From: Gekko japonicus
Taxonomy: Eukaryota
Reading direction: 5' to 3'
Length of the DNA stretch: 55,333 nt
Assembly: GCF_001447785.1 (NCBI RefSeq)
Contig: NW_015173690.1
Location: 905,080 to 960,412 of the forward strand
This document shows, one piece after another, positions 23,641 through 37,250 of the stretch; the stretch's first letter is position 1, and each line of letters begins with the position of its first letter. Made by a program: the position numbers and the translations under genes. Under the pieces are notes generated by a model, which was not told where the DNA came from, searched no databases, and was given only the letters and a program-made list of their open reading frames with translations.

Positions 23641-25307
23641 CTCAGAAAAGCTTACATAAAAATAAATGTGCTATAAATAAAAATAAATGTCTTAGTCTTT
23701 TAAAGTTTAGGATGAGGAATAAAAACAGTTTTCAGTTAATATTAATCGTGCTTTGGATTAACCTACGTACTTAAGAAAAAAAATGAAATATATAGAGTTG
23801 TAGTAAAATGTGTTCACCACATGTGCTGGCCTACCCTTTAGAGTATAAATTGTAGCAGTGATATGGACAGTCTCTGAGGTATGTGGATTCTAACTCATGA
23901 ATGGCTTTAGATATAAGACCTTGAATTAAGGCCAAAAGCTAATTGGCAGCCAGAAGAGTTGCTACAAAAGGAGTTCCTAACCTGTACTAGACTGATAGAT
24001 TCATTCACAGAGAACAAGCATTAGGTTATTAATTGTTGGAACTCACAATGTAATGTTACAGACAAGGGCAGCATATGTCTTGTAAAAACTCAATGTAGGA
24101 ACATTTTTTACATAGCTTAGCAGTGATAACAAAAATTGGGGGGGGGGATCAGGGGTTTTACTACCCCATCTACCACAGGAAGATCCACTTTTCCCAAAGC
24201 ATTGAGATTACATACCGGCATCTTGTGTGGATTTCATCCTTTTAAATTTTATCCATTTAGAACAGCTACTCCAAGATGGGTAGTAATGAAATATTGGTAA
24301 CGTCCAACTCCAGAATCTGGAAGTCCCTCCTTCATATGAGAAAACATTAGTCCCCTTCATTCCACATGCATCAGCAGTGATGGTCCAATAAAAAGAATGG
24401 TACCACATAAGAGCCATCTCCAACACACAAACCAGTTACTGAAGTTGTATAAATCTCTGCATCGAGAGCAGCTGAAGTACAATCCTGTACAGAGTCATTT
24501 TATTATATGTCCATTGAAACTAGTAAGTGTAAACTGAACTAACTGCCTAGATTATAAAAACTTAATAGATCCAAAACTGGTGTTAACCCAAAATGCAGAC
24601 TTTGGTGATAATTAAGATTAATCCTAACCATAACTCAGGAAATTTAAGCAAGAAAGGAGAGAAGGAACAGACAAGCCTGAATAGAAAAAAGGAGGAAGGT
24701 GAAAAGCCTATGAGGTATCCTTGGGATCCTAACTATAGTTAGAAGATTTGATGGCATTATCTGCACTCTACCTGTATACAACCTGTCAGTCTGTATCCAT
24801 GACAGAAAAATAATATGCGAATTACAGATATGTGGGACTTTTTCTTTCTTTCTTTCTTTCTTTGCCAGATACTACCAAAGAAAGAAAAAAAGGAAAGAAA
24901 AAGTTTGCTGTTATTCTAATCTCTGCTCTCCTATAAAGTTAAATTGGTTGGTATTCTAATCTGCATCTCTATTTAGTTTAGAACTTTCCAAACAAAGAAT
25001 TATATAGACCTGCTTATATGATCAGACAGTGTCCTTGAAATAGCAAAAAGTAATGGGAGCCTAGTTAGCATGCCTTCCGTATTTATTGGCAACCTTATGA
25101 ACAAGAGCAGTTATCTTAGAGCAATGTGTAGATTTAGGAAGCAATGGTCAGAGAAGGTTTCCTGTTCACAAGGAATAGGAATATCTTTAGCATCTGAGAA
25201 ATGCTTATTATCGTCTAAGGATACTGTGAAACTTAATTACCTGCTTTTGAAAATGCTAATTATAGCATGATGCAAAATGCTGCTATTTTCTGTCTTGTGT
25301 CTTTCAG

Positions 25308-25351
25308 CAACAGCTGTGGAAGGGTATGGAAAAAATGCAAGTCAGCTTAAA
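25308..25351 (+). CDS. SENP7: SENP7 exon 2
   Basis: tttcag| 44 nt (A)TAVEGYGKNASQLK |gtaagt. Bridges phase 1 to phase 0. Confidence 0.75.
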
Positions 25352-27230
25352 GTAAGTTTTCCTTGGTTTGTATCCATTATTTGGGGGGAGGGGTTCAGGT
25401 CATAAATTTCTGCAGTGGTTGTGTAACCCTTGGGGCAGAACACACTATTAAACTGGGATGTGAGAGATCTAGGTTTGAAACCCCACTCTACCATAGAAGC
25501 TAGCTGGATGAGCTTGGGCTCAGCCATTCATTCTCTCAGCTGTTGTGAGGAGAAAATGGAGGTGGAGGAAATGTTATATGCTGCTTTGAGGCCACACAGG
25601 GGAGAAAAGTAGAGTATAAATAGCTAAATAAATAAATAATGTGAACAAACATACCTGCTTCTAAGAATATGTTTAAGAATACTGTTTTCAAAATGCTTTG
25701 ATTGTTGAGAGCACTATACAAAATACTAAGTAGTTGTGTTATACTCACACACAAAACATTCTAAGAAAAAGTACATGGTCTGAATACGGTTCTATAGCAA
25801 CAAGATTCTAAGTAGCACTAACGATACCTTCAGAATTATCTCTCTGCTTCTTCTCTTTCCTCGTGTGCTGTAACTGGCTTTTTGCTATTTTTGCTAGGAT
25901 AACCCAAATATATTATAAAATAACATGAACAATAAAATAATTTGTTGAAATTTCCATTCTCTCTGGTTTTCAGTGTTGGTCAATGTGCCATCCATTCTTC
26001 AGAGGTTTTCTTTTTTAAAAAATTAAGTTTGTAATCTCAGTGTCATTTTTATTCTTCTCTTTGTTCTCTTTCCTGTCTTATCCCTAAATCATGGCTTTTC
26101 TCATTTCCAAAATTTATTCTTTTATTTCTGTTGATGTTGCTCTTATAATGAATCATCCTGGCTGTTGTTATGCTTTGTTCACTGCCCTTCTCCTTTCTTT
26201 GAAACCTTTAATGTTGAGTTTTACTTCTGCCTTATTGCCTTTCACTTTGATCACAGTTGTTCCTATTTCTTATTTCCTTCTTTGGTTGTTACTCCTTGTG
26301 CTCAGTCAATAGTGATGGAGTAGGAGCTCTTTCGTTTTGGTTACAAGTGTGTTATGAGTTTGTGAAAAACAGCCTTGGGGGCAGCAACCACCAGGATTTG
26401 GTAACAGTAGAAGGAAACTTGTGTTTCTTTCCCCTGGACAACCTGCAGATGTAGGGATGAAATGTGTACAAAATGTAACCATTTTGTGGCACTGTGAGGG
26501 AACACAGAAAACAACCTTTTTTAGCACTTGCGCTGCTTCCACATGGGTATCCCCCCCACACATGGAACACAAGAAGTCCACAAATTAAACAGGAATGTTC
26601 ACATAATACTGTGCTTGTTCTAAGCATGACTTATGAGCTTCCTGGGCTTTCCCCATTAAACCAGGCTAAAAAACTTTTGATCTGGTTCAAAGGGGGAGCT
26701 GCAGGTGGAATGTCTTCCTGAAGAACTCAGCCTCAAAATAGCATGGGGCACCTTGGTCCTGTGCACCATTCCCCACATCCTTTAAAGTCTCAGCAGTGGA
26801 AGTGAAAGGGAAGGGACTGGGATCCGGGCTGCAGGGAAGTGTTTGCAGTTGCTGTCTTGATGGAGGGAATGGGGAATGTGGATGCTATTCCTGACTGCTC
26901 CCACTCTACTTGCTGCTGTTGTGTGAGGTACATTTTGGCTTCCCGTATAAAAATGCAGTCTTGGTCTTTATTCTCAGGTGTGTGAGATGCCCCAGGAAAG
27001 ATATTGATGAAGGCTATACGGTTATTAGTTTTAAAATCTACAAATATTAAAGATTGGTTTCATATATCATTGCTGATATATTGTTTACAGTCCTTTATTA
27101 TGAACATAATAATGCCATCAGTAGGTTCCAACATCTTAAGTTTTAAAAAATCTATATTTCAGTGTTTGGAGATATCGTTTTCCTTTCTCTGTATATGTGT
27201 AACAAAAGTGAATGTAATGTCTTATTTCAG

Positions 27231-27338
27231 TTTAAAATACCAAAGAAGAAAGCCAGTACACAATCAGATGAAGTCCATATTCAGTCTCCGTTGTCCAGAC
27301 TCACTGATGCCCACCAGTTTGACTATCCTTTAAAAGAG
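27231..27338 (+). CDS. SENP7: SENP7 exon 3
   Basis: tttcag|FKIPKKKASTQSDEVHIQSPLSRL...LKE|gtaaag. Resembles human EDVHVQSPLSK. Confidence 0.88.
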
Positions 27339-27861
27339 GTAAAGAGAAGCTACTTGCTGTCTGGTGTATATGCTGATACTAGATTTTATTTCTTTTTAAA
27401 ACAGTAAACAGTTTTTCTTTTATGTAATGGGAAAAATATCTTTAAACAGTAAAGAATGTTCATTGTACTATATTGCATTTTTAAATGGCATCTTGTGAAA
27501 CTGACATTTGCCTGTTATGAACAAATATTGTGAAAGTTAGCCATTTGGTCTTTTCTTTTGGCCTTTCTTTTATGTATGTTGGTTTATTTATTATCCTTTT
27601 CTCCCACTGGGCCTGCAGTGTGGCTTAAAACATTGTTGTCTCTACCTCCATTTTGTCCTCACAGCAACAACTCTGTGAAGCTAGTTAGGCTGAGAGGGAG
27701 CAGTGAAATAACCCAGATCACGCACCGCGCTTTCATGGCAGGCAGTGTGAGCTGGGCCTTTCTTTTTTCCCTAAGAAAAATAAAGGGGGGACGGGACAGA
27801 AGCTGATATGAGAAGGATGTGGTGATGTCCGCAAGCATGTTGTTGTTAGCCATTCAGTCAT

Positions 27862-28131
27862 GTTCACAAGCATGAATGGGGTTAAAAGGAGATTAGACAA
27901 ATTCATGGAGGATAGGTCCATTAGTGGCTACTGGCCATGGTGACTAAAGGGAACCTCCACATTCAGAGGCAGTAAACTTCTGAATACTAGTGCCAGAAGG
28001 CAAAATCAGAAAAAGGCCTTGCCCTCTGTATCCTGTTGTTGGCCATCCAGAGTAGCTGATTGGCCACTGTGTGAGACAAGATGCTGGACTAGAGGGACAA
28101 CTCATTGATCCAGCAGGGCTCTTCTTATGTT
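27862..28131 (+). mobile_element. CR1 3' UTR fragment
   Basis: GATTAGACAAATTCATGGAGGATAGGTCC...CTTCTTATGTT. Confidence 0.75.
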
Positions 28132-29160
28132 AGAAAACAAATTTTGTAATAAGGAAAATAAGTCTGTTATGTGAACAGAAAAGTTTAATGTAGTTACAAG
28201 AGGTAGAACTAGCAGCACATTATATATAGCATATTAATTGCTGCTCAGATTATTCACATTTAAACAATAAAGATATCCTTGAAAATAATTTGTGCGTGTG
28301 TCTACAGTGTACCTTGGAAATACTGTTACCTAATGCTGTAGATGGTCTTACATAAAAATGAGGCTATATATTTTGAATGAGTAAAACCTTGTCTTATAAA
28401 GCCTTTAACTAATTGAAAAAGACAAAAAAATCTTAGTTTTTATCTGAGCTTCCAATTTTTCCATTGAAAAAATTCCTCGTACTTTTTCATGCAATACATT
28501 CCGAGTAAGTGAAATGTTTTCTTTGAAATTTAATTTATTCATTCCAAAGTAGAAAATATTTCATAGGATGGTTTGTTTTCAATGTTCTCTGCCCGTAATT
28601 TCCCAGGTTTTCAATTGGAACAAAATTGCAAAACAATGTCTGGCGGCAGGGAGTGTGTATAATACAGTTTCCCCTCCAGGCCTTTGTGTCTCTACTCATG
28701 GGGCAATCTGCCAGGTTTATTTTAATACAGAGGATTCTATTTCCTCTGTTGCCACAATATATTAAGTCTTAAATGAAGATGTAATAGATGCATTTGGATA
28801 ATGTTACTTATCTTCATAGAGGGAGAAGATCATTTGGAGACTGAAAACAAGCATATTATATATACTCATAAGACAAAAATTCCCAGTCAAGTTGTCCTGC
28901 AGAAATAGTTAAATTTATTTTTCCTTGATAATGAAGAGTTGCTTGTTTGTTAACAGCCTGGATGATGTTTAGATTTGTTTATACCATGTGTGTTATCATT
29001 TGGGTAAACTGAATGGTGAGTTCCTTGTACTGCTGTCCTCTTAGTGCCTGTAATTTTTTCACAGTTTCAAGGCATACCTCCTTTTTCATTAATTTATTCT
29101 GCCATCTTTTCACATCTTTAACTATTTTAATTCAATTCTTCTCCCTATGATCCATTTTAG

Positions 29161-29258
29161 TGGAAGTTGGAAACTAGAAATAATTTGTATCATACAAACG
29201 GGAAGAGAAAAGGACACTTTGAGAAACGTCATATAAATGATGAAGGAGCAGCATTTAG
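29161..29258 (+). CDS. SENP7: SENP7 exon 4
   Basis: ttttag|WKLETRNNLYHTNGKRKGHFEKRHINDEGAAF(R)|gtaagc. 98 nt, phase 0 to 2. Confidence 0.82.
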
Positions 29259-29870
29259 GTAAGCAAGGGAAGCTTTGAACTCAAGATCAGATATTTTTGT
29301 GCTATAATTTGTGTAACACAGTAATTTAAAAATGGTCAAATGTAATCAAGCAGCAGATTTCCAATGTTTAGAATTATTTTTAGCACAAGGGCTTATAGAA
29401 ATGGCATATGGCAGTCAGGGGAGGAATTCCCTCTTTTCTCTTTCACATATAGGATTACCACTTTTAAGGTGATATTTGCAGGAATCTATATGTGCATTAT
29501 TTAAAAACAAAGGACATATTTTCCCCCTTCAAAACAATTGCTTTACGGCTATGTGTATTCATGCAAATTTAATTGGTGAATCTGCTAGCTGATAAAACAT
29601 ACATGATGAACCCTGCCTGTTGAAAATTGATCTGAAGAAGAAAATCTTGCTAATACTTCCTCAGCATTATTGAGTTTATGCTTTGATGGATTTCTGGGGG
29701 ATGGGAATTTAAAGATTGCAGATTAGCAATTGCCTCTCTGTGTGGTCTTGCTGTTACTATTTGGACCATGGATTCTGATAGAACATGAGGTAGTTGTGGA
29801 TGATGATCTCTAAAATACATATATGGGAATGAGATTAGCCTCAGAAAACATAGCTGCTGTGATAACCTAA

Positions 29871-31373
29871 TCTCTCTTTATACATAATTGCATTTTTGTC
29901 TGGCAATATTCTATGCAATCCAAAATCATTTGGCTCCGTGATGTGTCAATCACAAGGTGTCTCTATCAACTGGCTGTGTTGCCTGAGTTCTCTCCCACCG
30001 ACTGCAGCCTAGGCCACTCTTCTCTGATTGGGCCAGCATTTCAAGGTCATTTGCATATGGAAACTGATTGGACTTCACTCCATTCCACACCTCAACCCCC
30101 CCCCCTCACGTGACAGTTGTAACTGTCAGTTGCATATGCGACCTGGTGTATTCTGAGGTAAAATATGTTTTCACCCACAACACATCACTTCCCCTTCAAA
30201 AGAAACAAACCTGATAACACAACCATGCCGCACCACAAAAGAGATAGATCACACCACAAGCAGAATACCACAAGGCAAAAAATGATAGGAAAAGGTGCCA
30301 GCAGTCACCCCATTTCTGCCACAGATATGTACCTGAGAGCGCTTCAGAGGATGGTGTGCAGGTCCCAGGTTCATGTTTTAAAAGCTGCCTGGGGGATTAT
30401 GGATCATTCACACACTTTCAACCTTAACATACCTCACAGGGTTGTTGTGCGGATCATACAGGGGAGAGGAGAATGATGTCAGCTGCTTTGGTTCCCACTG
30501 CAGGGAAAGACTGTCCTTTCCCTAGGCAGAGGCGGGGGGTGGGGATGGAAACCTGAAGACATACAGGCAGATAAAGGTAGGCTAATGGTTGCCTGGAAAG
30601 GACATAGGGTTGCCAACTTCAGGTTGGAAACTTCCAGGATATTTTAGGGATGAAGCCTGCTGAGGGTGGGGTCTGAGGAGGAGGAAGAGGGGGACCTCAG
30701 ATAGATACAATGCCATAGACCCCACCCTCCAAACAAGCTGTTGCCAATCTCCAGGTGACAGCTGGAGAGCTCTTNNNNNNNNNNNNNNNNNNNNNNNNNN
30801 NNNNNNNNNNNNNNNNNNNNNNNNNNNNNNNNNNNNNNNNNNNNNNNNNNNNNNNNNNNNNNNNNNNNNNNNNNNNNNNNNNNNNNNNNNNNNNNNNNNN
30901 NNNNNNNNNNNNNNNNNNNNNNNNNNNNNNNNNNNNNNNNNNNNNNNNNNNNNNNNNNNNNNNNNNNNNNNNNNNNNNNNNNNNNNNNNNNNNNNNNNNN
31001 NNNAGCAGGAACCTCCCTATGGAAGCTGCCTGGGTGATTTTGGACCAGCCCCAGACTTTCTGCCTAACCTACCTTGTAAGGTTGCTGTACAGATCACAAA
31101 GCAAAAGAGGAGAATGAAGTAAGCTGCTTTGCTCCCCACTAACAAGAAAGACAGAACTTTGCCTAGGAAGAGGCTACTGAGACGGGAGGAGATAAAGTTG
31201 CCATCTTTAGGTATCGAAATTCCTAGAGATTTGAGTGGTGGAGCCTGGAGAGTGTGTAATTATACCCTGTGTCATTATACCCTGCTGAGGTCACCACAGC
31301 AAATTGACGCTGAGTGCCCTGGCCTCTTTCTAAAGCTCGTTGTATTTATTTCCAGAACGAACCTTATTCCTAG
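29871..31373 (+). mobile_element. Non-autonomous Helitron, longer composite copy (spans an N gap)
   Basis: A|TCTCTCTTTATACATAATTG 5' end and ...CCTAG|T 3' end. Shares internal and 3' blocks with the 33204 copy. Confidence 0.7.
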
Positions 31374-32334
31374 TGTTAATATAAATGCCTATTGGACTGG
31401 ATCCAGTATTTCTGTTTCACTAATGGGGAGCCATTTTCTGGCATGAGGAGCCTTTCGCCAGCAGAAAATACCTCTTGCTCCAAAGCAAAGCTCCTTGCAC
31501 TGGTTGAAGACTCCACCATTAGCAGGTCATAAATGCTGGATCCAGTCCATTAAATCTATGTTATGTTTGTAGTGGTTCATGAATCTGTATGATTGGTATA
31601 AACCCTGGGGTGCATGTTGTACATCTATTATCTTTCTTGGCAATTCCACTGATTCCTAAAAAACTTCTACAATCTGTAATTGAGCTGTGTCCCCAATCAT
31701 AAATATGACATGTTATATAGTAAAGATCAAACAGTCCCTTAACAATTTATATGATGGTACAAAATGATTGCTCAGTGTTTTATGTTCCAATCTGAGTGAA
31801 GTTTGAAAACTTTCAGTAGACTACAGTGAGTAGGAGTAATTGCCTGACGTGTCATGTGATGGAGACTTGTTTCTGATTCTCTCTTACCAGGAGTGTATTT
31901 CTTCTTTCCGTGGCTCTATTCAGATAACATGATAAACCACTCTAATTCGCTGTTACATCCCAATTCAGGCTGCCCAGCAAACTGTTGTTTGATGGTAGGC
32001 ATTAAATGGGGATTCTAAACCTTGTTTATACCTGTTTTGTTGACTGTAGTATGTTGTGATATTTGAATCCCAATTAGATCAGTATATTTCTCATACTTTT
32101 TCTTAAAGAAGTGGTTAAATAGAGCAAAAGTGAAACCTAGCCACTTCTGTTGCATTCAGCTATCAGTGGGACAACATCTTCTCTATCTGCTAGTGACTAT
32201 GCAGCTCCAGCCTGTCCTGAGGGGCAATTTAAAAGGCATTTTACCAACTTACAGAAAATAAAATTGCTCCCCATGAAACATTATTTCACATCCCACATAC
32301 TGCCATACCTCTCCCCCAAAGGGAGTGCCCCCAC

Positions 32335-32540
32335 CAATGCTCCCTTTAAGCTGTGAAGTCTTGTGAGCAAAAATTCTACTTTGTGAGTTACTGGCATTAA
32401 AGTTGTGAGCGAGCGATTTGGCTGCTGCATAAATTAGTTTGCTCTGGAGCTATCGTTCCTGAGCGAAGACAAAAATCTGTGAACCAGAGGCTAAAAAACT
32501 GTGAGTTAACTCACACTAACTCAGCTTAGAGGGAACACTG
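32335..32540. mobile_element. hAT-type MITE, second copy of the 2413 family
   Basis: Same TIRs and body. TSD GCCCCCAC/TCCCCCAC. Confidence 0.88.
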
Positions 32541-33203
32541 TCCCCCACTAAACTATTTCCAATGATCCAGCAGCTGGTTAGTGTCCTCTTTTTAAGCTTT
32601 TATCTTCTCTCTGAGGAAAAAAACAACAACCAAGAAAAGGTTCTGTGGTAAAATAGCAGATGAGGGTGCTGTAAGATCTATTTTGAGTTTCAGGGGGTTG
32701 CAAGTTCTATTTTGAGTTTCAGAGTGCTTAGGGAATATTTTGAAATGATTTGATATGCAGAATAACTGATGGATGATTTGTAACAGAGTAGGAAGCTTAG
32801 TCTGGCCTCATCTTTCCCACCCTTTCCCTGTCTATTCATTGCAGCTGACTAATAGTGAGCAGGCAGCATATGTAGTGAACCAACAACTGGGCAGTGCTGG
32901 GGTGCGTGGAGTAAAACTGTGGGGTTCCACTTGGAGATGGGAAAGGAAGCAAACAGCAGACTAATGGGGAACTATATATGTTTGGTAGTCTTTGTGCAAC
33001 AAACTGTGGCTCAAACAAAGCAGTTTATTTTGACATATGAGTGCAGGATGTTTGTAAAATCAGAGTTATGTGAGTTAAATTCCTCAAGCTCTGTCTTTCA
33101 AACTATTCTGTAGTCTTATTTTCCAACGCTTTTAGTTTTTAATTTATTTATCAATCACATTTATATCCTGCCCTCCCAGCCGAGGCCGGCACAGGGCGGC
33201 TTA

Positions 33204-33711
33204 TCTCTCCTTATATATAATTGAATAGTGGGTGCCAAAGTTCTAATTCTAAAATGCACTCCCTTAGTGTATGGCTGATGGCACTGCTCCTCAGCATATA
33301 TCGCCACCAATCAGAAGGCAAAGCCCGGGTCCCGCCCACACCACAACTGCTGCGACAACCTGGTCTTTTGCATATGGAAGCTGATTGGACTTCAGTCCAT
33401 TCCACACCTCAAACTCCCCCCCCCCCGCAAGGCAGTTGGAATTTTCAGTTGCATAACATACCTCATAGGGGAGAGGAGAATGGGTAACAATGGTTACCAC
33501 TCTCCAGGTGAGGGCTACAGATAACTCAAACATACAAATGCTCTTCAGGTAGCAGAGATCAGTCCCTCTGGAGAAAACAGTGGACTCTGTCATTAAACCC
33601 TGCTGAGGTCGCCACAGGAAACTGACACTGTTTGCCCAAAGCCAGAGCACTCTCCCAGAGCCTCTTTCTAGATCCCGTTGTATTTATTTCCGCAACGGGC
33701 ATTATTTCTAG
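33204..33711 (+). mobile_element. Non-autonomous Helitron, complete (508 bp)
   Basis: 5' TC(TCTCCTTATATATAATTG), 3' hairpin CCCGTTG...CAACGGG followed by CTAG. Inserted between host A and T with no TSD. Confidence 0.8.
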
Positions 33712-33894
33712 TATAAAAAGATAAAACACATCAGTAACAATTTAAACAATCCTAAAATCATCTAAAACAAACCAACATTATTTGTTGCTATACACATTGG
33801 GTGATACTGGTGGTAGTCATTTATTTTTAACTTGGTTGGTAAAAATTTCTCTCTTTTGAATATTCCAATTAATTCTCTAAAACACAAAAACATG

Positions 33895-34169
33895 AGAGCT
33901 AGTTTGGTGTAGTGGTCAAGTGTGCGAACTCTAATCTGGGAGAACTGGGTTTGATTCTCCATTCCTCCACTTGCACCTGCTGGATGACCTTGGACAAGCC
34001 ATAGTTCTGGCACAGCTGTTCTTGAAATAGAGCAGTTTCTGTCAGAGCTCTCTCAGCCCCACCTACCTCACAGGGTGTCTGTTGTGGGGAGGGGAAGGGA
34101 AAGGAGTTTGTAAGCCGCTCTGAGACTCCCTTGGGTAGTGAAGGGCGGGGTATAAATCCAATCTTCTTC
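33895..34169 (+). mobile_element. tRNA-derived SINE (Squam3-like)
   Basis: Same family as the 8748 copy. Confidence 0.88.
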
Positions 34170-34188
34170 AAAAACCAGGATGTTTTCT

Positions 34189-35033
34189 CTATACAAGCGA
34201 AAAAGAAAAGGAGGGGGGGGATGAATTGAGCGGACAGTGATGTTTTCCTTTGATGTATTTGAAAGCGAGAAACTTGTCTCTCTGGAGCACATTTTAAGAA
34301 CTTTTTAAAAGTAAACAAAAAAGAAAAGATGTCGGAGCTGGGCAAAAGCGAGCGGAGAAGGAGGGAGGGACTTCCGTCTGGGCGTTTGTTTGTGTGCAAG
34401 AGCCGGCTGTTGAATGTTTGGACTGTTTATGGCTGTGAATCCGACGGGAGTTTTGCAAAAAAGATAAGTTGGAATTGTGACAGCGAAAAGTGCCTGATAA
34501 GCGCTTATAAGTCAACAATTGCGAGGAGGACCCATAGAGAGTCTGGGAGCGAATATAAAAGCGAAAATGAAATTATACCATTCTCGAAAATGGGGACCTC
34601 CGGGGCATGAAAGGAAGAGGATTTATAGTACATGAACTGAGCGTATTAACAACAACCCGAAGGAGGATCTAACAAGCCGGAAGGAGAAGACACAGAGGAA
34701 GCTCCTCCACGTCAGCGATAGTAAAAGTACCCAGCACGCAAAGAAGCGGTTCTGAATGTGCACAGAAGAGACCCTTTTTATTAACAGAACTTCAAAGGAA
34801 CATTACTAACATACTAACAGAGAATTCATGTAACAAGACTAAGAAAAGAAGTTTGGCAACACACAGAAGAAGCCCAAGAAGATTAATTGGACATTACTAA
34901 CAGTTTAATTTACCAGTTTATATATCACTCAGCTTTCTCTTTCTCCCACTGTCTACCCCTTCCTTTTTTTCTTTTAAGCGAAATACCTCCCCTTTTTAGG
35001 GGAGCCAATAAAACCTTTATTAAAAAAAAAACA
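34189..35033 (+). mobile_element. Unclassified polyadenylated retro-insertion (about 845 bp)
   Basis: TSD CAGGATGTTTTCT at 34176-34188 and 35034-35046. AATAAA at 35007-35012 and an A-tract at 35022-35031. Confidence 0.75.
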
Positions 35034-37052
35034 CAGGATGTTTTCTAGAGATGTGCAAGCAGAAACATAAACAGACTTAGAGTTCCATTTGCACAAGATC
35101 TTGTGCAATACCCAGCATTTTACTCCCTATATGCTAAAGTGTCCAGAAATTGGTTGCATAAATCTTGTGTGAGTGGAAACTCAAATGAGGATACAATAAG
35201 TTTGACTTAGCACAAACACCACAATCTTTCTTGGATTTTTGTTTGTGCAAGAGCGCTAGACCAATGGAAATTTTGCACTAGATCCAACGCAATGTCAGCA
35301 TAACACAATATTCTTTGAGGTAATGTTGATCTGGCTGTTGGTATGCCGCATGCTCAGTGCACTGGTACAGCAGGTCTCAGATCAGGCTATTTATGTTGAT
35401 TTTCCTACCTTCTGCTTTTTAAGGATGCACTTCACTTTTAAGTATGTCCTTCTCTTAATTCTTGTAGCTACATAAGTATCCTTATTTATGTAATGTATTT
35501 GGATTAATATTTAAAAGATGAGCTAGTGAAATGCCCATCATGATGACAGATGAGAGTTGATGGGGGGAAAAAGAGGATTTTGCAAAGACCATTTGGGAAG
35601 TACTGGGAAGTACTGGGTGGTTACTTGGAATGATGGAATCTTAGGTTTTGAAGAATATGACTTCAGTGGAGAGGTTCAGTTTACTTGTGTCACATGTAAA
35701 CACTGTAAATAAAAGATTAGATTTAAACATACTGGTTTATTTAGGTTTATCCAGGACAGCGTTGCTAGAGTGTGTCCTATTTGCATTATTTTCATTTTAC
35801 TTTCACATTAGGTTTCAAGCAGTATTGTTTGATCAAACAGTTGCTGTTGTTGCCAACATTTGAAGAGAAACACATGAATTCTTACGTATGAAGTTAATGC
35901 TGCAGTTCTGTGGGCACTGGGATTAGCTTTGTAACGTGATTCTTGGAAGATCAGAATGCTGGTAGTTATACTCTATAAAAGAACTAGTTTTTCATGTTGG
36001 TAACACTGATAAAAGGAATCCTAGTGAATTTGAAGCTCTCAAAACTTTAAATGTTACACATATTAATACATGCATGTAATATTTTGACAGAAAACTAGTT
36101 GTGTCATATATGATAGACCTCGATACATAATGCATACTTTTTTTTCAGCCAAAGTTTCTATGTGCAGATTTTAATCTGGCCATCTCTTTGTGGCCTTATT
36201 TACATGTTGCAGTTGTATTAAAAGCATGATTACCTCAAAGGAAATCTCATTATGTTCTATGAAGCATTCATATATTTCCCTGAACACTTGTTATAGGCCA
36301 GGATAATACTCTCTGGGATACAGTGCTAAAAATGTTAGGGATACTCCTCTGCCACTGTTGAACAACTCAGGTCTGCAATTGGACTTCGAAACTGCCAAAA
36401 AGGAAGGCTATCTGTGTACTACTGAATTCACATAGTGTTTCAGGATAGACTGAGTTGGACTCAAAGAAAGGAACTATAGGTTTTGCCGAACTTCTAGCCG
36501 AATTGTCTGTTTCCTTCCAGGACTGAGCCCTGATTTCTCTGGCTTCCTCTGGATCATTCCATGATTCAAGGAGACTTAAGATATAAGCAGTGCTCCGCTA
36601 TTTATTGCATATTCCAACACTGTTGTTCATAATACTTCAGTGGAGATGTGCAGTTACTTTTGTCACACATAAGCACTGTAATTAAATTATTAGATACTAT
36701 ATTGTATTTATCAGGTCCCCAAACAAAAATATCAGATGTAATTTGCTAGCATCAGAATAAAGAGTTTTTAATGCATTGCTCATGCATTAAATACACAGTA
36801 GATAAAAAGCCATCTCAGGGAAGAATATATTTAAAAAGACTAACTGTAGAATGAAAAGTAGACACAGCTAAGGTAATCCACCTTAATTTCCACGTCTTCA
36901 GAAAGATTCTTTACAAATCCTTGGCTGAGATCTTTGAAGTGAAAATATAACTTTGAGATTATTAAGTTCTCTAAAGAAAGTTTGTTGGATTCATGTATCT
37001 TATTTAGATTTCATTACTTTACTTATCAACACTATTATTATATGTATGGCAG

Positions 37053-37250
37053 GCAACCCAAAGTTATGTTGACGAATGTCCTGAAGACGGAAGTAGGAAG
37101 AAAATACATAAAGACACAGCTTATAACTGATGCTAATTTATCTCATGCTGTCAAGTTGCAATCAGCTCGGCAAACCTCATCATCTGTTGACAGTATAGAG
37201 ATATGGCAAATATTAAGTTCACCTCACCAAAGCCTTTTTATATCTAAAAG
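37053..37250 (+). CDS. SENP7: SENP7 exon 5 (first PxVxL HP1-box repeat)
   Basis: QPKVMLTNVLKTEVGRKYIKT...QSLFISK(R), 198 nt, symmetric phase 2. Compare human QLKVMLTNVLWTDLGRKF. Confidence 0.93.
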
